Assembly: GCF_006345805.1 (NCBI RefSeq)
Contig: NC_042998.1
Coordinates: 23,622,001 to 23,686,000, forward strand
From: Octopus sinensis
Lineage: Eukaryota
DNA: 64,000 nt
Direction: 5' to 3'
Below are positions 13,311 to 29,130 of the stretch, piece by piece. The position numbers were made by a program, and so were the translations under genes. Positions within the stretch are counted from its first letter, which is position 1; each line of letters starts with the position of its first letter. The notes beneath the pieces are model-generated. The model saw only the letters and a list, made by a program, of their open reading frames with translations. It was not told the DNA's origin and ran no database searches.

Positions 13311-14542
13311 ATATATATATATACATACCTATACATACATATCATGCATATATAAACATATATATGTATATACATATATATATATACATACATATACAAA
13401 TATACATACATACATACATACATAATACATACAATACAAAATACATACATACATCATACATACATACATCATACATACATCATACACACATAAAATGATA
13501 GGAAATACAAAATAAGTAAATAGCTCAATAAATGAAGTTGAAATTGTAAAAATGAACAAAAAAAAAAAAGATTAATGAGATTAGAGAGAAAAGTAAAGAT
13601 AGAAAAAATTAATTAGATGAATTGTTGAGAGACTTAGGGAAATAAAAGGCAATGCTGAACCTTTTTTCAAACAAATGTAGGAATTTATTCATTTTCTTAT
13701 CCTCTAATCTGTTTTCTTTCTTCTAAACTGCTTCCACCATCTTTAATGTGTTAATTACAATAAATATAAATAAATTAATGAAAATGAATAAATAAAATAA
13801 AATAAAATAAAATGAATGGAAGAATTGTTTGATAATGTTTTCTGTAAATATGAAGCTATAAGCCTCCGAGGGAGTTTTTACATGGCTGCTTAATCTTCTA
13901 GAAATAGAAACCAAATCTTCCTCTTATCATACCCTACAGTTTTAAACAAGTAAAAGACGTAAGATAATGTAACCTTATATATTCCACCCCTAAAATAAAC
14001 GGGATATCCATCACTGCCTTTCATCATAAATCTGATTGATCGGGACCAACAACAGTATACCAGATGTTTCACAGCAGCCTTTGATAAAATGCAAGATTAA
14101 GGAGAGATAAACAGAAATCAATAGAAATACACTTGAAGAAATTTCCTTATAAGAAATCATTGAAAGTTGCACTAAAAAAACATCAATTAAAATAAGAATT
14201 AATTAATTATTATCTGTTAGAGTTTGAAGTCACTGTTGTTGTTTTTTATGAATATTATCAGAGAAAATACATTGGAAAGTTGTCTTTAGAGTTTTATAAG
14301 ATGAAAACAAAAACAGTTATTATGTGTACTTAGATCAAACAATTATTGATAGAGATAAGTCATAAGTATCACAATTTTAGGTTTAATATCATTAAGGAGA
14401 AAGTACATACATAATTGCTTGGTAGAGAGAAATAAAATAACTTTTGAGAGTTCTTCTTGAGTACAGCAAGGCACCAGATATCTTGCTCCTTTTTCATCTC
14501 CTCTGTAATTGTTAATAATAGATGCACGCACATCCAACGATC

Positions 14543-14587
<45 letters not shown>

Positions 14588-14595
14588 ACACACAG

Positions 14596-14978
14596 AGGTA
14601 TATCATGAAATTTGCGGGACCTTTGGTTCAATTTCCATGCTGGAATACTCATTTTGCCATAACATAAGAGGTAACATAATCATAATTCTGTGTAAATTCT
14701 TTGAAGACTGCTGCCTTAGCAAAGGCAGAGCTATTGTTTTTAGTCATGTTTGTTTGTGGACAAGATATCTCAAGGACCGCAAGATGGATGTTTGGCCTCA
14801 TGACTGGCATGAACTGATTAGATTTTGGGATTGATCCAGTAACAGACAAGGATTCTGGATTATTCTTTGTGTCATTTTACTTCAGTTTTGAGAGTGGTCG
14901 GGTTCATTTTTAGTATTCTCATTTGTGAGAGCAGTCGAGTTTATTTCAGATATTCCTATTTTAAGAATTATCTCTGGC
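14596..14978 (+). mobile_element. Dispersed ~380-bp repeat X (Helentron/HINE-like architecture); copies also at ~16352-16731 and 18118-18513
   Basis: Hairpin-like ctgccttagcaaaggcag, gtttgtttgt microsatellite and ttttgggattgatcc block; family assignment is inference. Confidence 0.5.
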
Positions 14979-17900
14979 TATCATTAAGGAGAAAGTACAT
15001 ACATAATTGCTTGGTAGAGAGAAATAAAATGACTTTTGAGAGTTCTTCTTGAGTACAGCAAAGCACCAGATATCTTGCTCCTTTGTCATCTCCTCTGTAA
15101 AGTCCAGCATCCTGAGATTGGCCTTCAGCACTTCATCTGATGCTGTACTGGATCTCCATCTCCCATGAATTCCATCCACTCTGAGTGATTGGGACTTCTT
15201 TATGGAGCTGTTCAACAACCATCCACATCACATGACCAAACCAGTTCAGTCTTCTCTTTTGCACACTACATCTAGCTCTTGTAAATTTTAATCCCCTTCC
15301 AGCTCCATATAGACCCCTTTTTACATAAAAATCCAATTTGTATCAACGTTCCCCTTCTTCATTTTATAGATTAAACAGATATACCCGGCCTTGCTCGGAA
15401 TTAAAATTTTTATTATTGTTTTATTTGTTTTGGTATTATAACCCAATTTCATTCAGGTCTACACAGGCCACATTTTAAAAGATGAGGAATTTGCCCTAGA
15501 GGCCATGCCTTTCAATTGAGCAAACTCAAAGTTGCCATGCAAACTCGCTAGCACTTTAAAATAGGTGTGCATATTTTCAGCTCAATCTGGACCACATATG
15601 CACACACAATATATATATATATACATACGCATTAAATTCTACATATATACGCATTATATATACATGTTTACATATATATATATATACACACACACATATA
15701 TTAAATATATACACTTTATATATATACACACATATATATATGTAGACACATTATATATATATATTTATATACATACAAATATATATAAATTAAGACAATA
15801 TATCTGATTGTGCAATGGTGGTAGGCGATAATGATTCACCATTCTAAAAGACCTGTGGTGGGAATATTTAAACTTTTGCGGCTGTCAACGCGTTCTTTCA
15901 ATTGATACAGACAGATATACAGTGAGAGAGGTGGTGGAAGAAAGAGTGACAGAGAGATGGCAAAGCTGTCAAACGTCGTTATAGAGAAAAAGTGGCGGGA
16001 AGGAAGGAAAGAAAGAGATGGAGGAAGACAGCTGATATGCAAAAGAGAGAAACGAGAAACACTTGTTCAAAGTGTGGGGTTTGTTACCCTAGTAAAACCA
16101 CAGCTTTTAAGATAAGGGTTTCTAACCTAGTCACTCCCTTCCTCACCTCTTTTTACATGTCCCTGTAAATTGTGGAGGCCAACCAACCCCATCTAGTGCC
16201 CCATAACCCGTTCCAATCCCAAAATGAGACAAACCAAACTTTCGCAATTTCAGCTTTCTAGATATAAAGATGCACACACACACACACACACACAACACAC
16301 ACACACACCACACACACACACACGCGCGCACGTGCACACACACACACACGCAGGTACATCATGAAATTTGCAGGACCTTTGGTTCCATTTCCATGCTGGA
16401 TTACTCATTTTGCCATATCATAAGAGGTAACATAATCATAATTCTGTGTAGATTCTTTGAAGACTGCTGCCTTAGCAAAGGCAGAGCTATTGTTTTTAGT
16501 CATGTTTGTTTGTGGACAAGATATCTCAAGGACCGCAAGATGGATGTTTGGCCTCATGACTGGCATGAACTGATTAGATTTTGGGATTGATCCAGTAACA
16601 GACAAGGATTCTGGATTATTCTTTGTGTCATTTTACTTCAGTTTTGAGAGTGGTCGGGTTCATTTTTAGTATTCTATTTGTGAGAGCAGTCGAGTTTATT
16701 TCAGATATTCTATTTTAAGAATTATCTCTGGCTATCATTAAGGAGAAAGTACATACATAATTGCTTGGTAGAGAGAAATTAAATGACTTTTGAGAGTTCT
16801 TCTTGAGTACAGCAAAGCACCAGATATCTTGCTCCTTTGTCATTCCTCTGTAAAGTCCAGCATCCTGAGATTGGCCTTCAGCACTTCATCTGATGCTGTA
16901 CTGGATTCTCCATCTCCCATGAATTCATCCACTCTGAGTGATTGGGACTTCTTTATGAGCTGTTCAACAACCATCCACATCACATGACCAAACCAGTTCA
17001 GTCTTCTCTTTTGCACACTACATCTAGCTCTTGTAAATTTTAATCCCCTTCCAGCTCCATATAGACCCCTTTTTACATAAAAATCCAATTTGTATCAACG
17101 TTCCCCTTCTTCATTTTATAGATTAAACAGATATACCCGGCCTTGCTCGGAATTAAAATAGTTTATTATTGTTTTATTTGTTTTGGTATTATAACCCAAT
17201 TTCATTCAGGTCTACACAGGCCACATTTTAAAAGATGAGGAATTTTGCCCTAGAGGCCATGCCTTTCAATTGAGCAAACTCAAAGTTGCCATGCAAACTC
17301 GCTAGCACTTTTAAAATAGGTGTGCATATTTTCAGCTCAATCTGACCACATATGCACACACAAATATATATATATATACATACGCATTAAATATCTACAT
17401 ATATACGCATTATATATACATGTTTACATATATATATATATACACACACATATATATAAATATATACACTTTATATATATACACACATATATATATGTAG
17501 ACACATTATATATAATTATTTACATACCAAACATATATAAATTAAGACAATATATCTGATTGTGCAATGGTGGTAGGCGATAATGATTCAACATTCTAAA
17601 AGACCTGTGGTGGGAATATTTAAACTTGCGGCTGTCAACGCGTTCTTTCAATTGATACAGACAGATATACAGTGAGAGAGGTGGTGGAAGAAAGAGTGAC
17701 AGAGAGATGGCAAAGCTGTCAAACGTCGTTATAGAGAAAAAGTGGAGGAAGGAAGGAAAGAAAGAGATGGAGGAAGACAGCTGATATGCAAAAGAGAGAA
17801 ACGAGAAACACTTGTCAAAGTGTGGGTTTTGTTACCCTAGTAACCACAGCTTTTAAGATAAGGGTTTCTAACCTAGTCCACTCCCTTCCTCACCTCTTTT

Positions 17901-18017
17901 TACATGTCCCTGTAAATTGTGGAGCCAATCCAACCCCATCTAGTGCCCCATAACCCGTTCCAATCCCAAAATGAGACAAACAAACTTTTCGCATTTCAGC
18001 TTTCTAGAGATAAAGAG

Positions 18018-18084
<67 letters not shown>

Positions 18085-18217
18085 CACACACACGCGCGCA
18101 CGTGCACACACACACGCAGGTACATCATGAAATTTGCAGGACCTTTGGTTCCATTTCCATGCTGGATTACTCATTTTGCCATATCATAAGAGGTAACATA
18201 ATCATAATTCTGTGTAG
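14696..18217. repeat. Tandem segmental duplication (~1756 and ~1766 bp copies)
   Basis: 14696-16451 and 16452-18217 are near-identical, including an RTE 3' fragment (RRLNWFGHVM...LRMLDFTEEMTK, minus strand). Confidence 0.92.
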
Positions 18218-18639
18218 ATTCTTTGAAGACTGCTGCCTTAGCAAAGGTGGAGCTATTGTTTTCAGTCACATTTGCTTGTTTGTTTGTTTATGGACAAGAT
18301 ATTTCAAGAACCGCAAGATGGATGTTTGGCCTCATGACTGGCATGAACTGATTAGATTTTGGGGATTGATCCAGTAACAGATAAGGATTCTGGATTATTC
18401 TTCGTGTCTTTTTACTTCATTTTTGAGAGTGGTCGGGTTCATTTTTAGTATTCTCATTTGTGAAAGCAGTTGAGTTTATTTCAGATATTCCTATTTTAAG
18501 AATTATCTCTGGCTAATCGTTGAGAGGACATTGGTGCTGCCTTGGCGAAGGATTCCACTCTCTGAGTGCCCTTGTTAGTAATTTGTCTCATTTCTTACTC
18601 TTCACAACATATCTTTGTTTACTCATTAGAAACATGCTA

Positions 18640-19720
18640 CACATACACACACACACGCATGCATAATACAACACAATACACACACCCACACACAACACAC
18701 ACACAGAAACACCCACACACTCTTAATACGACACAACACACATGCACATGCACTCATAGCACACAAAACACACACATAGACACACACTTGCACACACATA
18801 TGCATACACACACACACATATATATACATACACACATACGTACATACACACACAAACACATATGCTTATATACACACACACACATATATATATACACACA
18901 TATGTACGTACACACATACGCACATACATACATACATACACACATACATACACACATACATGCATGCATAAATACATACATGCATACATGCATACATACA
19001 TACATACACACATACATACATACATACATACATACATACATACATACATACTACATACGTACATACATACATACATACATACATACACCACATACATACA
19101 CATACATACATACATAATACCTACATACCACTACATACACACATACATACATACCTACATACTTACAACATACATACATACATACATACATACATAACTA
19201 ATCCCACATACATCTCCATACATACATACATACATACCTACATACATACACACACACATACATACTACATACTACACACACCACATCATACTACATACTA
19301 CTACAATCATACCACATACATACATACATACTACACCACATACATACATACATACATACAACATACACACATACATGCATGCATACATACATACATACAT
19401 ACATACATACTACATACATACATACATACATACACACATACATGCATGCATACATACATACATACACACATACACACATACATACATACATACATACATA
19501 CACACATACACACATACATACATACACACATACATGCATGCATACATACATACATACACACATACACACATACATACATACATACGTACATACATACATA
19601 CATACATACATACATACATACATGCATGCATACATACATACATACACACATACACACATACATACATACATACATACATACATACACACATACATACATA
19701 CATGTGTACATACAATAATT
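18640..19720. repeat. Long imperfect (CA)n/(TACA)n microsatellite
   Basis: Directly visible. Confidence 0.95.
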
Positions 19721-20106
19721 CACACATACACAAACATAGATTTGTTCGATGAGGAGGAAACCTTGATGGTGGTGCCCCAGAATGACTGAAGTAAGTAAAC
19801 GATAAAAGATGTATAACTTTTTCATTTGGTTTCCTGTCATTTACAAGAATTATGAATGTACGCAATCAACACACTGTATTTTTTGTTAAAAATAAAAAAA
19901 AGGAACTGCTGCCGTAATCGCGTAAATTCAAAGGTATGATGGCATAGCGATAGACGTGCACATGTGTGCAAGTGTGCATGTGCGTGTGTGCACGTGCGTG
20001 TGTGTGTGTGTGTGCGTGCGTGTGTGCATATGTGTATTGTGTGTATGTGTGTGTTTTGTGTGCTGTGAGGGCATGTGCATGTGTGTAGCGTTTATCGTGA
20101 GTGTGC

Positions 20107-20329
20107 ACATAATAATAATAATATAATAATAATATAATAATAATATAATAATATAGTAATAATATATAATAATAATAATAATAATAATATAATAATAGTA
20201 ATCATAATAATAATATAATAATAATAATTAGTAATTAGGTAATAATATAATAATAGTAATAATAATAATATAATAATAATAGTAGTATAATAATATAATA
20301 ATATAATAATAATAATAATAATATAATAA

Positions 20330-20373
<44 letters not shown>

Positions 20374-20443
20374 AATAATAGTAATAATAATAATAATAGT
20401 AATAATAATAAATATAATAATAGTAATAATAATAGTAATAATA

Positions 20444-20509
<66 letters not shown>

Positions 20510-20537
20510 TAATTAATAATAATAATAATAAATAATA

Positions 20538-20572
<35 letters not shown>

Positions 20573-20636
20573 TAATAATAGTAATAATAGTAATAATATA
20601 ATAATATATAATAAAGTAATAATAATAATAATAGTA

Positions 20637-20671
<35 letters not shown>

Positions 20672-20892
20672 GTAATAATAATAATAATATAATAATATAA
20701 TAATAATAATATTAGTAATAATAATAGTAATAATAATAATAATAATAATAATATAATAATAATAATAATAATAATGAGTAATAATAGTAATAATAATAAT
20801 CATTAATAATAGATAATAATAAGAATAATAATCATAGTAATAATAATAATAATATAATAATAGTAATAATATAGTAAATAATTATAATAATA

Positions 20893-20942
<50 letters not shown>

Positions 20943-21039
20943 TAATATAATAATAATAATAATAATAATAGAATAATAATAATAATAATATAATAATAAT
21001 AATAATAAAATAATAATAATAATAATAATAATAGTAATA

Positions 21040-21075
<36 letters not shown>

Positions 21076-21111
21076 TAAAATAATAATAATATATAATAGT
21101 AATAATAATAA

Positions 21112-21152
<41 letters not shown>
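20107..21152. repeat. ~1-kb imperfect (AAT)n array
   Basis: Directly visible. Confidence 0.95.
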
Positions 21153-21153
<1 letters not shown>

Positions 21154-21417
21154 TGTGTACAGTGCTCAGGTGCACTACAACTCATCTAAAGTGTATATAT
21201 ATATAATCAGGTGTAGTTTCGACGGATTTCGGGAAGCATGAGGGCCTTAAAGGATGCAGTGTCATGGCAGTCAACAACTGATGCAGGCAGTTTATGTGTG
21301 CACATGTGTGTTTGTGTGGGCATGTGTTTGCATGTGCGTGTCGTGTGTGTGTGTGTTTTGTGAGCTGTGAGTGTGTATGCATGTGCATGTGCATGTGTGT
21401 TGTTGTTGTATTATGCT

Positions 21418-21464
<47 letters not shown>

Positions 21465-22332
21465 ATCCATCTTTGCTGGTAGAAGATACACAAATATTAA
21501 GAAGCAGTTGATACTAAATAGTAAAAGTCTGAAAAATGGAATAATTTCTTTACCACCTCTACATACATACATACATACATACATACACACATACATACAT
21601 ACATACATACATACATACATACATACACACATTCACACATACATTCACACAAACATACATACATACATACATACATACATACATGCATACATACATACAT
21701 ACATACACTCATACATATATATATATGCATACATACATACATACAAACATACATACATACATACATGCATACATACATACATACATACATACATACATTC
21801 ACACATACATACATACATTACACATATATGATATATGATATATATATATACATACACATATATATATACATATATATACATATATTTGAGCATGGCCGTT
21901 GCCAGTGCTGCCAGACTGGCTCCTGTTCAGGTAGCACATAAAAAACACCTTTTGAGCGTGGTCATTGCCAGAACCGCCTGACTGGTTCTCATACTGGAGA
22001 CAAGTAAACAGCACCCACTACACTCTGGTTGGCATTAAGAAGGGCATCTAGCTGTAGAAACTTTGCCAGAACAGACTGGAGCCTGGATTAGCCATCTGGC
22101 TCACCAGTCCTCAGTCAAACCATCCACCCCATGGAAAGCGGATGTAAAACAATGATGATAATGATGCTGATGATATATACATTATAAGTTTTAGCTATAA
22201 TGTATTAAAGAATTTCATTTGCTTTGAGTTCTATAATTTATGCCTTCTGTGTGAATCAAAATAAATTTAAATATTATATATATCTACATACATATAGACA
22301 TGCATGTATGTATCTATGTATAAATGTATATA

Positions 22333-22702
22333 GGTGTAGGAGTAGCTGTGTGGTAAGTAGCTTGCTTACCAACCACATGGTTCCGGGTTCAGTCCCACTG
22401 CGTGGCACCTTGGGCAAGTGTCTTCTACTAAAGCCTTAGGCTGACCAAAGTCTTGTGAGTGGAAGCCTGTCATATATATGTATGTGTGTGTGTATACGTT
22501 TGTCTGTCTGTGTTTGTTCCCCCAACATCACTTGACAACCGATGGTGGTGTGTTTATGTTCCCGTAACTTAGCGGTTTGGCAAAAGAGACCAATAGAATA
22601 AGTACTAGGCTTACAAAGAATAAGTCCTGGGGTCGATTTGCTCGACTAAAGGTGGTGCTCCAGCATGGCCACAGTCAAATGACTGAAACAAGTAAAAGAG
22701 TA
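22333..22702 (+). mobile_element. Family B SINE
   Basis: Head, microsatellite and tail present. Confidence 0.85.
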
Positions 22703-22714
22703 ATATGCATGCGC

Positions 22715-22745
<31 letters not shown>

Positions 22746-23619
22746 TGTATGTATGTATGTATGTATGTATGAGTGTATGTATGCATGTGGGTGTGTGCGT
22801 GTGTGTCTGTGTATGTGAATATGTGTGCGTCTATGTGTCTGTGTGTGTTTTCAGCTAAAGTGTATTTTGTTCGAGGCATTGTTATTTTGCAGATGATTGT
22901 TCATGCATCAATTTTATGTCACATGTAACCACATTCAGCTACATATGTGAATGCACTTGATTGCACTTACTGACATACAATTAAACATAAACAGACACCT
23001 ATAAATATCTATATGTATTTGAAATAAAGAAAAGAGAAAAGACTATCTAACATTTGAAAAACTAAACTTAATTAGCTCAGATAATGTAAGCTAAAAAGGA
23101 AAGACTCTTGTAAAATGGATAATTGCAAATCATTATCTTTCTGCCGTTTGGAATTAAATTGGAATGCTGTGTTACTAACACAATATTCGTAAAACATTAC
23201 TCTTTCATCTGAAGGAAATAAAATACGAGAGAAATAATTAGTTGAGAAGTGCACTTATTATTTTGAGTGACCTATTAAATGTATATATCGCCTACCTTTT
23301 GATATGGTGGTGATAATAAATGGGAAATGGTAAATGCATCATAAAAGAGAGGTTTTTGTGTGCAGTGAAGTAGAGAGTAAAAAGCCAGTATGAGTGACTA
23401 ATTTAATATGGAAGCAGAGATGAGGCACAAATAGGTCCTCATTAATCATTTGTTCATAGTTCATGATTCTTTACCAAAGTACTTAGTGAGTTTAGTAAAC
23501 AATGGAATTTGAAGACATGAGTAATAATCTGGTGTCAACTGTGAGGTTTAACAAATACATGGGTTCAATCTCACTGTGAGCATTTTGTGTGTGGGAATGT
23601 ATGTGTATACATACATACT

Positions 23620-23655
<36 letters not shown>

Positions 23656-24520
23656 AGTATGTATGTATACACATTTCATTAGAGAGAGGTTTTAAAACAT
23701 TAGACATTTCTTCCTATGGCAAACAAATATATTTCATGTTTCAACTGTTAATATAAAGCTGTTTTAAGGTGCTTAGTGGTAGTTCATCCATCTTCATGTT
23801 CTGAGTTCAAATGCCACCAAAGTCGGCTTTGACTTTCATTCCTTCAGGGTCAATAAAATAAGCACCAATTGAGCAATGGGGTCGATGTAATCAACTTACC
23901 CTTACCCCAGAAATTGCTGGCCTTGTGCTAAAATTTGAAATCAACATTTAGTTGTTTGTTTGAAGGTGGTAAGCTGGCAGAATTCTTAGCATACGAAACA
24001 AAATACTTAGCAGCATTTCGTCAGCTTTTAGAGTCTGAGTTCAAATCCTGCTGAGGTTCACTTTCTTAAGAAATATTGTTAAATGTTTTTCGATTATTTA
24101 TAGTTAATACATGTATTTTTCTATATTTATTTGATAATTAGTATAAGTTAAGATAAGTACATTTATTCTATTATTTTTTTTTATTATTTATTATTTTAGA
24201 CCTGATGAGTGACTATATTTTTAAATAGAATTAATTTTAGATCAATTTAATTTTAAATCGATTGATTTTATTATTATTATCTATTTGAAAATATAGCCAT
24301 GAAATGCGCATAGTCTTTTTACTACTATTTACTATTTATTGTTTTTGTACTTTATTGATTTTTAGAATAAGGTTTTTATAGTATCCGTTTTCTATATGGT
24401 GTGAATAACATCTTTCATTAGTAATTGTTTAATAGAGGTATTTTCTAAATTATATACATATATTATGTGTTGTGTAATATATATATAATATATATATATA
24501 ATATATATATATATATATTA

Positions 24521-24556
<36 letters not shown>

Positions 24557-24849
24557 TGTATGTATGTATGTATGTATGTATGTATGTATGTATTTGCATG
24601 TCTGTGTTTGTCCCCACCAACATCGATTGACAACTGTGTTTATGTCCCTGTAAACTAGCGGTTCAGCAAAAGAGACTGATAGAATAAGTACTAGGCTCAC
24701 AAAGAATAAGTCCTGGGATCGATTTGTTTGACTAAAGGTGGTGCTCCAGCATGGCCACAGTCAAATGACTGAAACGAAAGAATAAAAGAATATATATGTA
24801 TCTATGAATTGAAGAAATTATGATAAACACAAGTTAATATTTCATTTAA

Positions 24850-25250
24850 GGTGGCAAGCTGGCAGAAACGTTAGCATGCCGGACGAAATGCTTAGCAGTA
24901 TTTGTCTGTCTTTACGTTCTGAGTGAAAATTCTGCTGAGATTGACTTCGCCTTTTATCCTTTTGTGGTCGATAAATTAGGTAACAGTTACGCACTGGAGT
25001 CGATGTAGTCGACTTAATCCCTTTGTCTGTCCTTGTTTGTCCCCTCTGTGTTTGGCTCCTTGTGGGTAGTAAAAAAATAGGTATTTTGTCTGTCTTTATG
25101 TTCTGAATTAAAATTCTGCTGAGATCAACTTTCCCTGTCATACTTTCGGAATCGATAAATTAAGTACCAGTTGTGTACTGGGGTTGATCTAATCGACTGG
25201 CCACCTCTGCAAAAATTTCAGCTCTTGAGCCTAGAATAGAAAAGAATGTT
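24850..25250 (+). mobile_element. Dimeric CORE-type SINE
   Basis: Two copies of the core ttcatcctttcggggtcgataaattaagtaccagt. A related dimer lies at ~46310-46685 (-) and monomers at ~33170-33410 (-) and ~57065-57300 (+). Confidence 0.75.
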
Positions 25251-26351
25251 ATTTTTTACCTATGTATGTTTACACTACTATGGTAGAAGGTACCCACCCA
25301 AGGTTCTGTACAATGAGATTGAACCTGAAACCATGTGACTGCAAAAGGGAGCTTCATAACCACACAACCATGCTTCATTCAACTATTTACTCTCTCTTAC
25401 TCTCTTACTTGTTTCAGTCAGTTGACTGCGGCCATGCTGGAGCACCGCCTTTAATCGAGCAACTCGACCCCGGGACTTATTCTTTTGTAAGCCTAGTACT
25501 TATTCTATCAGGTCTCTTTTGCCGAACCGCTAAGTAACGGGGATATAAACACACCAGCATCGGTTATCAAGCGATGCTAGGGGGACAAACACAGACACAC
25601 AAACATATACACACACACTTATATATCTATACAATATATACGACAGGCTTCTTTCATTTCCGTCTACCAAATCCACTCACAAGGCATTGGTCGGCCCGGG
25701 GCTATAGCAGAAGACACTTGCCCAAAATGCCACGCAGTGGGACTGAACCCGGAACCATGTGGTTGGTTAGCAAGCTACTTACCACACAGCCACTCCTGCG
25801 CCTATTTAGAATAATTTAATATTTAAAATACCAAAAAAAAAAAAAAAAATGCCTATTCAAACACACACATGCATAAAAAAACAATGACTGCAAACTAAAT
25901 TTAGAATGAAATTTCATTGAGATATTTTAATTTCAGGAATATAAACAATTTATTTCAAGGAATTGGTTTTTTAATTCAAAACTGTAAATGTCATTACATT
26001 TCTAATGTTTGTTTCTGCAATTCCACACTTGTTTTAGATCCATGGTGATCAAGATATTGCTCATAATAGGGAAGATGTATTCCTTGTAATAAGCATTACT
26101 GAATACAAGAAGATTCTGCAGTTTATGGCTGTTTATACTATTCTGGAAAACTGAATACATTAAGAACCAATGATGGCAAAATAGTTACGGGTCCATTATG
26201 GTATCTGAGTTATTTTAGAAGAACATTATCAATTCTCTAAATGGTAATTTCCTTGTGTTTCAGAGTCAGATTAAGATGTTTTATTGGCACATGGATGCAC
26301 ATATAAATACACACACACACACATGCACACACACACACTCACACACACATG

Positions 26352-26421
<70 letters not shown>

Positions 26422-26599
26422 TGTGTAAAATTATACACACATCTATACATATTTTATTTCCTGCAGGAATAAAAATACTTTTACACCTGCCTATAAATAT
26501 GAAGATATCTTTCTTATTGATTACAGAGATAGTTCGATATATGGAAATAAATGGCAGTGGCACGTACACATGGTTCTTCAGAACACATTTGCTTACAGT

Positions 26600-26658
26600 T
26601 ATAGCACACACATATACACACACGCATATATACATACACATATACATACATATATAAC

Positions 26659-26706
<48 letters not shown>

Positions 26707-26739
26707 ATATATCTATATATACATATATATATACACATA

Positions 26740-26789
<50 letters not shown>

Positions 26790-26916
26790 CATATAATATA
26801 ACATATATATATATACATATATATATCATATATATATATACTATATATATATACTATTTTATACATATATATATATACATATATATTATACATATCTATA
26901 TATACATATATATACA

Positions 26917-26947
<31 letters not shown>

Positions 26948-27170
26948 ACATATATATATACACATATATATATATATATATAACATACATATATATATAT
27001 AATACATATATATATACATATATATATATACATATATATATATACATATATATATACATATATATACATTATATATATACATATATATATACTATATATA
27101 ATACATATATATATATACATATATATATATCATATATATATATACATTATATATACATATATATATACAT

Positions 27171-27223
<53 letters not shown>

Positions 27224-27290
27224 GTTATATGTTATATATATATATATATATAATATATACATGTTATATGTGTATATATATGTATATATG
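26600..27290. repeat. Long imperfect (TA)n array
   Basis: Directly visible. Confidence 0.95.
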
Positions 27291-28056
27291 TATATGTATC
27301 ATCATCATCATCATCATCATTTAGCGTCCGTTTTCCATGCTAGCATGGGTTATACATATATATATATATATATATACATGCAAACTAACACATTAACAGA
27401 CAGATATGCATTTAATCCGTGGATAACAAAATGTGTCTTTTTTCTGCCATAATAGAAAAGTTAAAACAATACTCTATATGCATGTGTGTGTATGTATGTC
27501 TATACGTGTGCGTGTACATGTGTGCTCTCATGTATGTGCATGTGTGTATGAGTGTATATATGTTTGTGTGTGTGTGTGTGCTTGCAAATATGTGTGAGTG
27601 TATGCCTGTGTGAGTACGTCAGTATGAGTGTCTGTCTGTCTGTGGGTCTGTGATTAATGTCTAACCAAAGTAGTCTTGTGAGGTAGAGAAATCTTTCGAT
27701 ATTTTTATTCTTTGATTTCAAAAGATTATGGCAAACCTTTGTTTTCTTCATTTTTCTTTGGTCTATTAAGATATGGCAGAATAACGCAGCAGGAACCAAG
27801 ATTGCTATTTTGCAAGGAGGGCCAAGTTAAAGACATCTTAGATAATTGCATTTTGAGCAATGGAAAATTCCAGAGAAAACCAAGTTTATTGACATACGTC
27901 ACTTTAATATTGAAGAATCGATGAATTATATATACATACATATATGTACATACAAACATGTATGTACATATATATAGACATACATACATACATACATATA
28001 TATATCTTCACATAATGTATATACATACATAGATACACATAAATACACATACATGC

Positions 28057-28102
<46 letters not shown>

Positions 28103-28113
28103 CATACATACAC

Positions 28114-28162
<49 letters not shown>

Positions 28163-28192
28163 CATTGTGCATAGATACATATACAGGTACAC

Positions 28193-28230
<38 letters not shown>

Positions 28231-28437
28231 TTATCTGTCTATCTATCTATAGATATTTATATGTGTGTATATGTGTGTGTGTATATGTATGTCTGTGTGA
28301 GGGGAGTGGGGTGCCTCGTGCTTGAAGATTGCTTGGAGACACAAGGCACGTTATATAAATCTGTCTAATCACAGTGTCTTTATGGTAAGAAATTATTAGT
28401 ATCTCTTAACTTAGTAGCTCTTGTACATCAAATGATA

Positions 28438-28511
<74 letters not shown>

Positions 28512-28656
28512 ATATATCATCATCATCGTTTAATGTCCGTTTTCCATGCTAGCATGGATTGGACATATATATATATATATACACATGCATGTATGTATAC
28601 AGTATACACATAAACCTACCCCTGCTGATACATATCTATCTATCTATCTATCTATC

Positions 28657-28688
<32 letters not shown>

Positions 28689-28820
28689 TATATAGTCATA
28701 TATGTGTGTGAGTATAGCTGTATATACGCACTACATACTTACATGCATGCATACGCATACATACATGTGTGTGTATGTTTGTATATCTATGCATGTATTT
28801 ATATATATACACACATACAT

Positions 28821-28852
<32 letters not shown>

Positions 28853-29130
28853 GCATAGATGTATAACGAGCTCTTGAATATAGCTTATCTATTGACTGTA
28901 ACACAAAATTTTTATTATATTCAGATGACATACATTCAAGTAAGGTTTCACATTTACCTAAACTGTCAAAGAGGATTAGAGCTCATACAACAATATAGTG
29001 TATTATTTATGTCAGCAAAAGGGACCAACAAATCTTGAACCAAATCTCTTTTAAATTCCATCTCTACAATGTCTCATTTGAAGTTTTCCTTTTGTGCTTC
29101 TGTTATTTTCTGTCAAATTATAGTGATAGG

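Noticed and set aside
14867-18377. Repeated ORFs such as MDVWPHDWHELIRFWD as a duplicated gene
   Set aside because: They come from repeat X and the RTE fragment inside the tandem duplication.
18566-27324. Many long HT/YI/CV/MYVC and poly-I/Y ORFs
   Set aside because: Translations of (CA)n, (TA)n, (TACA)n and (AAT)n microsatellites.
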